From assembly GCA_051362555.1 (NCBI GenBank), contig CM120643.1:25362848-25426847 (forward strand): DNA of 64,000 nt, given 5' to 3'. Below the pieces are notes generated by a model that was not told the DNA's origin, did no database searches, and saw only the letters and a program-made list of their open reading frames with translations. Both the position numbers and the translations under genes were made by a program. The DNA comes from Lingula anatina (Eukaryota; Animalia; Brachiopoda). Positions 32,197 through 43,126 of the stretch are shown here, piece after piece (positions within the stretch are counted from its first letter, which is position 1; the number at the start of each line of letters is the position of its first letter).

Positions 32197-34017
32197 GAAA
32201 TACCCGAAGTTTTCAATGCAGAAAATGTAGACTGGTATAAAAACTGATTTTAAAATAGACTCACCATGTGTAGGCTGATAAGTCAAAAATATTTATATTT
32301 TTTATATCCCTTAATACCTCCATTTTCGATTGGATGTATTCGTTTCCCCCCTTTATTTGTGAGGTAGAGAGATGTTTGTTTACAAGCTGAGCATTTTACC
32401 GATCGAGGCCCGTCCTAAAGTGCGGCCGCTAACTGCTGTGGCAACAGTATCAGGAAGCTATCATGATCAGCCGAGCTATAACAGGACCAGGGGCGGATTG
32501 AGACTGTCTTCTGGGTCCTCCAGAAGACGGTCAGATTTTTAAGAGCGAAAATGATGATAAAAAAATCTGAAAAATGGATGACCCCCTCGGCCTATTAATC
32601 AGATCCATGTGCCTATAAGTAAGCTTTTTATATTTTTAAAATTATAGCCTTAAAATGATAATAACCAATTCTTCACTTCTTTAAAATATTTATTCTTCAC
32701 TTCTAAAACCATTAACCTATTTAAAAAAAAGCGCATTATGACTTAATTCTCATTTCAAATCAAAGGTTAATTAAATCACGTTTATTAAAACCAAAAATAT
32801 TTGGTGGTTAATCAGGTTTATAAAAGTAAAATTAAAAAAGAGAGATACTACTGTCATGTAACACAACATTAAGTATTATCTGATCTTGAGCCGTAACAGA
32901 AACATTATCACTTTTTTGTGCTCTCTTTTATTGATCTGATCAATAGGTCTTTGTAAAAAATATTTGAAATATTTGATTATCTTGCTCAGATGTCTCCTTG
33001 GCATAGACAATAGAAAAATACTGTACTTTGTAGACTAATGCTTTTCATTATAAATCATATCACACCTCAGACCAAGTCAACATCTGGATACCTGTTTACA
33101 TTTACACTAAATTATTATTATTAAAGAAGCCAAATGCCGTCTAAAGCAATAACTGTCAAATGACATTCAATGCCTGGCATCGTTTAAAAGTCTTTTTGTA
33201 TTATTACTGGCTCCAAGGAGTACATATTACTTTGTCACGGCACTAATGCTGCTATAACAAGGTCTCAAATATTTGTCTATTTTATACAAAATTTCCAAGA
33301 TCACATTTCATATAACTGGTAGTAATCTGTCTCATATTATTTTTTTTATCAAAGAGGTAAACATAGAACTATAAATATTTAACAGTTACAGGAACTACAT
33401 ATTTATTATTTGTTGTATGTCATTTTATCTAATTATATATCACCGTTTATTACAGGGTGAAAATTTTAGTTATACCAATAAAGATATTTTAAACCACAAG
33501 AGAGTCCGTCTGTTACACTTATGAAAGGAACAGTTTAGTTTATATTGTATGAAACAGAACTTTTAATACTTGTAAGTTATGTTAAAACATTGCTTATGAA
33601 AGACCCAGCACTGCAACAAATGAAAAGTTTAATCACACATAGTCACAGTATATTTTTATATCTCAAATAACAAACTTACTAATCTGTGACTACACTGATA
33701 CATTATCAATTTGTGCTAAACAGGCTTGTATTCGTGAATGATATATTTGAATTAGAATTTTTATCTCACAAATAGTTTAATGCTAAATCATGCCTACATA
33801 CAGAATGTTGTCAATTTCACAAATAGTTTTAAAGTTGTATTGTGTTTACAACTGTAGTCAATCATTTTTCCATTTACCATTTACCAATAAATACTAGTTC
33901 TACCGTATCTGTACCAACAAAAAATGTTTTTTTATACATTGGCAAGCAATGTGCACATTTGAAAAAAATTGAGCTGGATTCCATAGGCGTAACCTACATC
34001 AATACCTCTCCTGGACC

Positions 34018-36394
34018 CTACAGATCAGCCAAGTAAGGTTTGCCTTCTGTGTCCTTAAAATGGGGTGGCCAGGATTTCTCAACAGAAGGACGCTTGCTCA
34101 CAGCATCATAGTAGGCTGCCAGCTTCGGAAATGTAGGGGCAAGCTTCAGACCACATCGGACTAAAATTGCCAGACTTGGGAAGAAAATGGCATCCGCCAT
34201 GGTGAATTCTCCTCCGTCAAGATAAGTTCCCCCTGCCTACAATGGAAGACTTTTTCTATAGCAACGCGACTAAAATTAAACTGAGGACAATCATTTTAAA
34301 GTCAATACCCTCATTCCCAAAAACGTGCTAACAAAGGTTCTGCCCATCAATATTATTATGTACTACTTCAGCAACTGCAGTAAGATGAAGCTATTTTTCT
34401 TCTGTAGGCTAGAGACAACTTTTTAAATATATTGAGAGAGTGAGAGAGAGAGATGGAGAGAGAGAGGTGATCATTTTTGCATGACATAACCCGACACAAA
34501 CTGTAGAATTTTCAAATGATGTGATAATTATAATAAAAATAATTTCGGCTTCTCTTTTCTTTGAGTTTAGCTTCTATTTTCATTCAAAGTAATAAGAGAA
34601 GCCAGGGGCTGTATTGCCGCATAAGTCCAAATCACAAATTCATGTAAATATATAGTTACAAATTGTTGTAAGTTACAAAGTTTCGAGAATAAGACCCCAG
34701 TTGTACATGTACAGGTAGTGCTTCCTAAAGATGTCCTACATATGTAAAGTCATAACTGCTTCGCTCAGTACATACTTTCACTAGATATCCCTCCCACAAT
34801 GCCAGTTCTTCCTTCAGTGCTGCCTTACTTTTCGTCATCTTTTCCTGAAATAAAACATAGTATTACAGAAAATGTATTTGTAACTATAAATCTATTTATA
34901 TCTTCTATGATTAATAGGCCCCATAATTTAGTATACTTAACCATCGATGTCCTTTTCATTTCTATTATATACATCATTTTTATTATTATTTTATTATTCT
35001 TTTTATGCCTAAGCCATCCCATTTTTCTACTTTACCTGGTCTAACTCTTCTGGCTTTTTTGTCATGTATAGTAACAGAATATCGTCCCTTGCTTTTTTGG
35101 TTAATGTTGGCTCCTGAGGAAACATAACCAACATTTAAAGTTAATGCTTTAGAAATTAACATATTGCATATTGAGTATATGGTTGTATACGCGCGCGCGC
35201 GCGCGCGCGCGTGTGTGTGTAAGAGAGGGAGAGAGAGAGAGATGGGGGGAAAGAATGAATGAAAAAATAATGTCCCACCTCAAACATTCTCTGCAGAACA
35301 TTGGCCTTCCTGGCTGGCTCACTGGGAATCAGCGGAGGTCCCTGGGATTTGTAGGTGTCCTTTAAAATTGAAGGAAAATTTTCACTTCACCTTCACACTT
35401 TCCCTTTGCTTCCTCAAATATCTTTTTTGAAAAGCTTTTAACAAGCTGATCTTCCAAGACATATGCAGAATTATGAACATCAGTATCATAATAATTTTAT
35501 GGAGATTCATACACAGTTATACAGTTCACAATGACACCATCTAGCAGAAAGAGAGACGGGCCCACAGACGCAAGGGAATATGGGGGTTGGAGAGATCAGG
35601 GCCCCGTAACTCGAAAGCATCGCTATTGCGACCGAGCGCAATAGTCTCGATTACATAACTCGCCCAAACTCGCCCCATATAATACATTGTAGCCTCTATG
35701 TGATATCGCTATTCGCAGAACGCGATGCTTTCGAGTTACGGGCCCTGGTCGGCTCTGGATCCTACAGCGCACACGTGTCGATCTCTTACCTCCAGGTACA
35801 AGCATGCCGCAAACGACTCGTTGATGATGATGTCCCCACACTTGAATGTCGGAACCTGGAAGTTTAAATTCATGTATTATTAATATTACGCAAATTTCCT
35901 TTAATATGTGCACAATTCCATTAACTCAGCCCTCCTGCCATGGGGCAGTATATATAGGTTTTTTTTACTCTTCTTTAAGTAAACATGTATCCCTTGCGAC
36001 TTTCGTTTTTAACAACCCTAGGTCAAGTATTGTTGTAAATGAACTCCCACGAAATGAAACGCAAACACGGTGTCACTGTCAGAAACCTCTGATCACTTGG
36101 CGGATTTGGCAGCTACATTTGTGCACGGCAAGAGCTGTAGACCTATGCTATTCCACTGTAAAAACCCAATCAAGTAAAAATGTGCACTTTAATTACTGAT
36201 GCTCATAGTGTATTTACCTGTCCGCGAGGGTTCAGCTTGAGGATTTCGTCAGATTTATGCCCCTTATCTGAGAATGAAATAAGCTTCTTCTCGCAGTCTG
36301 ACAGTCCTTTCTCCTCCAGTACAATCATCACACGCCAGCAAGGAAAACTGCCCGAGCCCCAATAGAGGAGCATGTCTTTGCCCCTGTCTGCCAT
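34018..36394 (-). CDS. gstr: Glutathione S-transferase, rho class, copy 3, 229 aa
   Basis: Exons 36394-36218, 35855-35790, 35359-35279, 35113-35036, 34844-34776, 34236-34018. GT-AG, 690 nt, open frame, altered C-terminus (KPYLADL*). Confidence 0.92.
34606..34697. mobile_element. Degenerate MITE flanked by CAG direct repeats
   Basis: CAG|GGGCTGTATT...AATAAGACCC|CAG. Not present in the equivalent GST2 intron. Confidence 0.4.
35190..35242. repeat. Compound (CG)11(TG)n(AG)n microsatellite
   Basis: Directly visible in GST3 intron 3. Confidence 0.9.
35597..35747. mobile_element. MITE in GST3 intron 2
   Basis: TIR CAGGGCCCCGTAACTCGAAAGCATCGC / GCGATGCTTTCGAGTTACGGGCCCTG. Lies in a ~280-bp segment missing from GST2. 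Confidence 0.8.
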
Positions 36395-36463
36395 TTTTGA
36401 TTGTTCCTAAAGATTGCGTAACTTAAAAAATGCAAGTCACTGTTTAGCACCGTGTTACAGGTG

Positions 36464-36559
36464 CCCAACAGGCAAACGACATTGATTCAATGTTGATTCA
36501 ACATATTTTTTATTGAACAACGTTAAATCAACATTGAATCAATGTCGTATGCCAGCTGG
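36464..36559. mobile_element. Palindromic EnSpm-like MITE with 2-bp TSD (TG) in the GST3 promoter
   Basis: CCCAACAGGCAAACGACATTGATTCAATGTTGATT...AATCAACATTGAATCAATGTCGTATGCCAGCTGG. Empty site CAGGTG|GTGTCCC at ~31173-31185 in GST2. Confidence 0.8.
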
Positions 36560-36602
36560 TGGAGTCCCGTGTGCGCGTGTACGTAACCCGAGCCCTAGAT
36601 AA

Positions 36603-36777
36603 GCCGGTGTAACAGGAATGGAAGTCCTAGGAATGGAAGTCCAGGCTCCCATATGATTAGTACAGGTTAGGGTTAGTTGGAATATTGGGGTTAGTAATAT
36701 GGGACGAATGTCACCTGTACAAAGCAATGGGAAGCGGACTACGGTTCGAAGCTGACTTCCATTCCCGTTACATCGGC
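36603..36777. mobile_element. MITE-like element in the GST3 promoter
   Basis: TIR GCCGGTGTAACAGGAATGGAAGTC / GACTTCCATTCCCGTTACATCGGC. Absent from the GST2 promoter; relative at 1024-1189. Confidence 0.8.
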
Positions 36778-37131
36778 TCTCTCAGCTAATGCCGTACAGA
36801 TACCGATATACCTGAGTTTTTAAATGGAGAATAATTAGTAGACTGATACAAAGTCTGATTAAACGGACAAGAAGTAGGCGAATAAATAAAAAATATTCAT
36901 ATTTAATCTCCCTTTTTGATTGGATGTATTCGTTTTCCCTCCTGTTATTGTGAGGTAGCGAGGCGATGAGCATTTCACCAAGATCGTCCTAACGTGTTGC
37001 CACCGACTCTGGCAACAGTATCAGGAAGCTATCAGCCGAGCTTATATATAATAGGACCATTTCCAAACCGCAGCCCTATATAGTTAAATTTTATAATCAG
37101 TTGATAAACAATCTGAAAGTTGAATGCCTTT

Positions 37132-37349
37132 AGGGGTCATACATTTTTATCATCATTTTCAAAAGTCTACAAACAGTACGTTTAGGGGCGGGAGGGGGGG
37201 TTAATGCCATGTATAAGCTTTTGAAATTAATCAAAACGATGACCCAAATTGCTGCCACAGGTCATTATTTGTTTTTCGCCGTGCACTCTCTGAATGGGGG
37301 GGGGGGGGGGGGGGGTCTGGAAAAAGTGCACGCTTTATGAATGACCCCT
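37132..37349. mobile_element. Degenerate MITE
   Basis: AGGGGTCATACAT...ATGAATGACCCCT with internal G runs. Missing from the paralogous flanks at ~41980 and ~54540. Confidence 0.5.
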
Positions 37350-37735
37350 TCGGCCTATTCATCAGGTTCATGTGCCTATCACTAAACATTTTACATTTTT
37401 ATGTACAGACACAGATAATAACCAATTTTTAACTACTTTAAAGTATTAATTCTTCACTTCTGAAACCATTAACCTATTACCTATTTAAAAATAGTCCATT
37501 ATAACGTATTTCTCATTTCAAATCAAAGGTTTTAATTAAAATTACTTCACGTGTATTAAAACCAAACATATTTGGTGGTAAATCGGGTTTATAAAAGTAA
37601 AATTTAAAAAAGAGAGAAAGAGAGACGCATAAAATGGATTCATCTCATTTGTGTTATTTCACAGTGTCTGGCTTTAGGTCCGTACTGTTCCTCCTCTGAC
37701 AAACGTAAAACATTTGCTAACCGTACAAGATCTGA

Positions 37736-37887
37736 CCCTTAGCAAAAATATCAGACCTGCCGTAAATTTGCTGCAATTTTTCAAAAGAAATTTTATGTTC
37801 TTGCAAAAATGCTGCTAAATGGCAGCAATACAGATTTTTCCTGAAAACTCCTGAAAGCAAACTGCAAACATTTAATTTTGCTAAGGG
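37736..37887. mobile_element. EnSpm-like MITE in the 3' flank of GPCR A
   Basis: CCCTTAGCAAAA...TTTTGCTAAGGG, same family as 7718-8043. Confidence 0.75.
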
Positions 37888-37948
37888 AAGTTCATGATAA
37901 GGGCCTGTTTGTCTTGTAAATTCATGTTCAATCTGAAGATATCCCTGG

Positions 37949-39846
37949 TTACGTTGTGCTATTTGAAAGTGAGCCAATTGAGTTGCAGCGGTTCCCGTCG
38001 CTCATATACACTGATACTCGAGGGAGATTCACTCTCTTGTCATTTTCTGCATTGTAAGAACAACTTTGTACTTTGGTTTCGTTCTTATTACGCAACGACA
38101 TGGCTCTGTAACCGCGCGCAAACATACATTTCACTTCGTCGCGGTACGGTTTAGCACTGATGCAGTACAGAAAAAAATTCGACGCATGATTCAAGTAAAA
38201 GAGAAGCATAAAGATTGTATAGATGGTAGAATTTCTAACCAGTTCATCGGGAGTGCATGCGTGGTACACGTCAATTATTCCCGCCTGCATGAAATTACAC
38301 CCCGTTGTCATAACCCAATACGAAAGAGTCACGAGTATTAACATTTTCGTAATTTCTTTATCTCTGTCTTCGTCGTATTCCGAGCCATTAACAGATAGGT
38401 CTGGAATGGGAATGATCGACCTGCATTCTTGATTGTTACGTCGTCGTCGTTCCTTCCATATTTCGTACAATAACCATCCATTGATGACAGGCAACCCGAC
38501 AAATGGCAGGATCCAGTAAATTGACAGAGCCACCCATTTGTAGACAGTGTAGAAGGCAAGTGCACCCATATTACCTGAAAAGAATTCGATGATCATGTCG
38601 TAATTGACATGTCCAATTTGTAAAAAAAACTCACCGGAGATAGCCCGTCTGGCGACCCAAGTCTGGCGAATTAGCGTAAAATCAATACACTAAAATCACA
38701 TATAGGCCTACTTGCCTACGTACATGTACCTATTACGAGCAAAACGTGGTGAAATGGTGTCAAATTTGTTTATGTATACGTCGTATATTTTTATTAATGA
38801 AAAAACCTGTAAAATTTCAACCTAGATAGCCCGCACCCAAAAATTAGCGTAAAATCAAACCACTGGTAATATAAACAAAAATAATAAAAATGAAAATATA
38901 ATCAAAATGTGGATTTAGCTCCCTACACCCTCGTCCCCACCTTATGACGTATATCCTGATAAAAATCCACCTGGTTTACCTTTTAAAAATAATAGGTACA
39001 TAGAGCCTACTTACCGCAGTTGTTCCCCACACCTTTTCTGCAGTTTTTCTCATGAAGTTCTAACATATCAGTGCCATCGTGATATATGTTCCAACAAACA
39101 TTTTTACAGCATTCTTTAAAGAATATGTCAGAGGCAAAGGTGTAGATGTTGAGGAGCACCATAGCCAAAACAATAGCCACGATGTACATGCGGGTTCTTG
39201 TAATGGAGAACCATCTCTCGTGAGCTGGTGTGTTTAGTTTTCTCATGAGTCTCTCGGCGCTCATTAGAGTTAACGTGATCGCGCTCATTTGTGGTCCACA
39301 ATATACTGTAAATACGGATATTTTACACAGAGCCACATGTGCAGTCATCACTGGTACGAGGAGCTCGTATTCAATCCAGTAAAAAAATCCGTTCAGTATA
39401 GTTAAAATGTCAAACACTGCTATTGCAATCATGAACTGACAGGTCGCAACTCGGCGGAGATCTCTTTGGGAGAAAACACAAATGGATAGGATATTGAAAA
39501 CCAGTCCAATACAATAAATGAGCGGTCGACCGACGTAAATCACATAGTCCGAGTAAGCGGCATCGGTTCTATTTAAGTAGTGTGTACGAATCGTAGCTGT
39601 TGTGGCAGATGCATTTGTCCAATAATACACACATTTAAGATAGTCCTCGGGTTTGGGGGTGCAATTTCCGGGTCCCCAGTCAGGGTCGGGCAATGCCTTA
39701 TCACGAGGCAAAGTACAATACGTCACATTATTCGCCTCTTCCCAGTAAATGGATGATTCAACATTCCCGTGCCATGATAAGCACAGTAAAAGTGGAAAAG
39801 TTAACAGACATTGTTTTCTTATCGAGGTCCAAAATACTAGCACCAT
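37949..39846 (-). CDS. Rhodopsin-family (class A) orphan GPCR, peptide-receptor-like, copy A, ~485 aa
   Basis: Exons 39846-39015 and 38574-37949, phase-1 GT-AG intron in ECL2. Signal-peptide-like N-terminus, TM1 GLVFNILS, TM2 IAVFD, TM3 CK...MSAERL, TM5 LP, TM6 after ITKML, TM7 LNHASNFFLYC. Probable 5' UTR exon donor (GTAAGA) at 40100. Confidence 0.92.
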
Positions 39847-42099
39847 CGTCTCTAAAATAATCACTTAAGAGCTGAAATAAATTTGTTTATGTTTATATGA
39901 TATAACCAATTTTAAATGAATCAAAAATATCGCTTAATGAAAAATTGTTTGCATGATTAATTATAATAAATGTGATATTTATTCAAAATTAAAACGCTTG
40001 CAGATTCTATAATTGATCATGCGCGTTCGTCACAAGTTTAACTCAATTTTCTTGCAACTATTTGGAATAGTGAAAAGGTAAACAATTTCTTTCGTCTTAC
40101 CCGTTTAATTGATCTCACGAAACTTAAAATCTCACGAAGCGGTGCAATAATACAGCGAGACACACGCAGGCGCGAAGACGTAGCTCTTGGCTCTTCAGAG
40201 GATGGCAGTTGAATTCAGAATGATCAACTGATTAGTGACAATTCAACTGATAACGGGATGTGCTCACCTCATGTTAGGTCGCGTACAGCTGCAGACCTTT
40301 CGGTATCATATATCGACAGAGGATATAAATCGGATGAATTATAAACTATGTACCTTATCTTTGTTAATGTGACGTCATACACGCTACCTCTGCAGCTATA
40401 GATAAAGCACAGTCAGTGGCAGTGATAGGCCAAAACAACCAAGTCAACAGAGATTAAATAAAAGCTGAAGAGTTATTTCAAATGTTTGCGTTGTTTCGGC
40501 AAATTAAGTCATTTAAAGCACTTCGAAAACGCCACTTCACTCCTGTTTAAAAGTGTCAAAGTGACGTTTTAAAAGCTTCTTGTTTAGACATCGTAGACAA
40601 CTTCATTAAACTTAATTGGCTTTATGATAAATACAGAAGAAACGGCGAAAGGGAAGGGGCCTTATAATTTGATTTCTATTGTCATTTCTGTCTCTTCCTA
40701 TTAGGAATAGGAGGTACTCTTCTTTCTTCTGTTACTTGTTTCTGGCCTAACCTTAACTAATACAGAATAAGTTCTTCTTTATCCAGTCGTCATCAAGCAT
40801 TGGTTCTGAATCTGAGACCCCTACTTTGTCTACTGATGCACTGGTGCATTTTCCATTTACTCATTATTTTCGAATGAAAATGTTTTAAATGTACGTAAAT
40901 AAAAAGGGCGTAAGAGACAAGGAGGGTCTCACGTGAAATTGATCCTACCCGGTAGACCACCTACTATCAAACTGAGATACTACCCGGCTTCAGTACAAAC
41001 ACACCCTTATTTGTATCTACCCTCTGATATCATGGACTCCCATAATAGTGTACAAAATTACACTGTGTGCCACTGATCATATTTTGTGTGCCACTGATCA
41101 TAGTTTTGTCACAGACTACTAGCGCCCCCTGTGGTCAGGAAGTAATTTATATCCATGGAGCGCAGCACTGCGCAAGCTACGTTTGCGTATGTTACGTACG
41201 AACGAGCGAAGCGTTAACCTCTATACATAGGGTGTACGGACGGCGACACACTGATGATTGCATGCATTGTTATTTTTACCTGTCCTCATTATATATTTCA
41301 AATCCAAATAAAGTGAATATCAATTGGTCATTTTTGAAAAAAAAAAAAAATTATCACAAGCACAAAAGTCTTGATTCGCTTTTCTTTTGTGGTCGTTTCA
41401 GCTGTACAGAGTATAAGGTGATATATATTAAAGCTATTCATGTAGGCATTCGCCAGACTAACATTTTAATTTAATAACATTCTTAAAAGAAGTAGGAAAA
41501 CCTGTGTGAAAAATTGAAAAGTTTGATGTAATTTTTTCCAGAGCCTACTTGCATTCAAAGTAAAAGCAAGAGAGAAGTATGAAAAAAGTTTTCACAGAAC
41601 CAGTATTTCATTTTCTAAGCAGGAGGGGAACAAGGATTAATGTGTTTTCCTCGTTTAACTAGAAAACAGTAGACAAGTACAGTCTTTCTATATTGCGTTG
41701 TGCGTAGATATTGACAAGCGAAATGGATTTATTATTATTATTATTTAAATTATGAACATATCTTCGGCATGTAGGCCTATATTAACAAACTGGCTAATTG
41801 TATTGCTGTGTTCATACCAATCTAACGTTAACGTGCGGCCGCATACTCTAACAACAGTATCAGGAAGCTATCAGCCGAGCTTAAGGCCTATATACAATGT
41901 AACAGGACCATTTCCAAACCGCGTTTCTTTATCTAGTTAAAAGTTAAAATCTGTTGATCAACATTTTGAAAGCTGAATACCTTTATTACGCCCTGAACAT
42001 TTTATTTTACATTTTCTGAATTGTGTTCTCAAAAAGATAATAACCAATTCTTCACATCTTAGTTGTCAATGCAAACCTCTTTAAAAACAACATTATCAT

Positions 42100-42100
<1 letters not shown>

Positions 42101-42141
<41 letters not shown>
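42101..42141. repeat. (CA)n microsatellite
   Basis: Directly visible. Confidence 0.95.
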
Positions 42142-42142
<1 letters not shown>

Positions 42143-42433
42143 TTTTGCTATATACTTCTCATTTAAAATCAAAGGTAAATTACGTACGGTATGTTTCTTA
42201 AAACTTAAAAAAATTTTTGGAGGTTAATAAATGTGTGTGTGTGTGAGAGAGAGAGAAAGAGAGAGAGACGCATAAAATATATATTTATTTCAGTTGCGTT
42301 TCAACATGTTTCACGGCGTCTGGTTTCACCCTAGCCTTTTCTGACAAACGTAAGTCATTTGCTTACCTCACAAAATATAAGTTCGAGATTATTGGTCATG
42401 TAAATTCACCTGTGGATGTTGTGTTGCACGATT

Positions 42434-42517
42434 TTAAAGTGATTCAGTTGAGCTGCAGCTGTCCCTGTCACCCATATATAAAATGATAGTCGACCGGAAT
42501 TCAAATCTTTTGCCATC
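42434..42517 (-). pseudogene. Relic C-terminal tail of an additional GPCR copy
   Basis: Reads ...YMGDRDSCSSTESL*, aligning to the tails of copies A-D with an apparent frameshift. Its downstream flank (41300-42430) matches the flank of copy D (53815-54960). Confidence 0.7.
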
Positions 42518-42743
42518 TATATAGTCATAGCAGATCAGCCGAATTCTCCTTTTCACTGTTTTCTCCCAAACTACAACGATCTGTTGACAACTACAAGTGT
42601 TCACAATACCGCAGGGCAGTGGGAGAAAGTGGCCGTAGTTTGAATTTGATTATAACTGTTGAAAGTATATTTTGAAGACATTAGCTAGCCTTCGGCAATT
42701 TCCGAAAAGCTTCGTGACAGGTATTATGTATTATCAGATAGCA

Positions 42744-42816
42744 GGATTCGCTTGCCCAGTGGTATCGTCCTTGGTTGCCATGTTTGGTGGATTGGGTTCG
42801 ACTCCCACTTAGTCCC
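42744..42816 (+). pseudogene. tRNA-derived sequence (degenerate tRNA or SINE head)
   Basis: About 73 nt with A-box-like TTGCCCAGTGGT, B-box GGTTCGACTCC, loop TTGCCAT and an immediate T run. D and anticodon stems pair poorly. Confidence 0.5.
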
Positions 42817-42906
42817 GTTTTTTTTTCTATTATTATTATTATTAATATATATATACTGATCCTCTTCTGACAAACGTACAGCATTTGCTAACCGCACAAG
42901 ACCTAA

Positions 42907-43057
42907 CCCTTAGCAAAATATCAGACCTGACGTAAATTTGCTGCAAATTTTCGAAAGGAATTTTATGTCCTTGCAAATATGCTGCAAAATAGCAGCGATA
43001 CAGATTTTTCCTGAGAACTCCTGGCCTCAAACTGCAAACTTTCCATTTTGCTAAGGG
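42907..43057. mobile_element. EnSpm-like MITE in the 3' flank of GPCR B
   Basis: AA|CCCTTAGCAAAAT...ATTTTGCTAAGGG|AA. Empty site ATCTAA|GTTC at ~54902-54911 in copy D. Confidence 0.8.
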
Positions 43058-43126
43058 AAGTTCAGGATTAGGGCCTATTTGTCGTGTAAATTCATGTTTG
43101 GGGATTAGATGTTGCGTTGTGCGAGT

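Noticed and set aside
38338-38565. Alternative-frame ORF (MHLPST...KKLRKC) recurring in all four GPCR last exons
   Set aside because: Expected by-product of high nucleotide identity between paralogues; only two copies have an ATG at the same site.
42744-42816. Functional tRNA-Gly(GCC) gene
   Set aside because: D and anticodon stems do not pair and the acceptor stem is offset; kept only as tRNA-derived.
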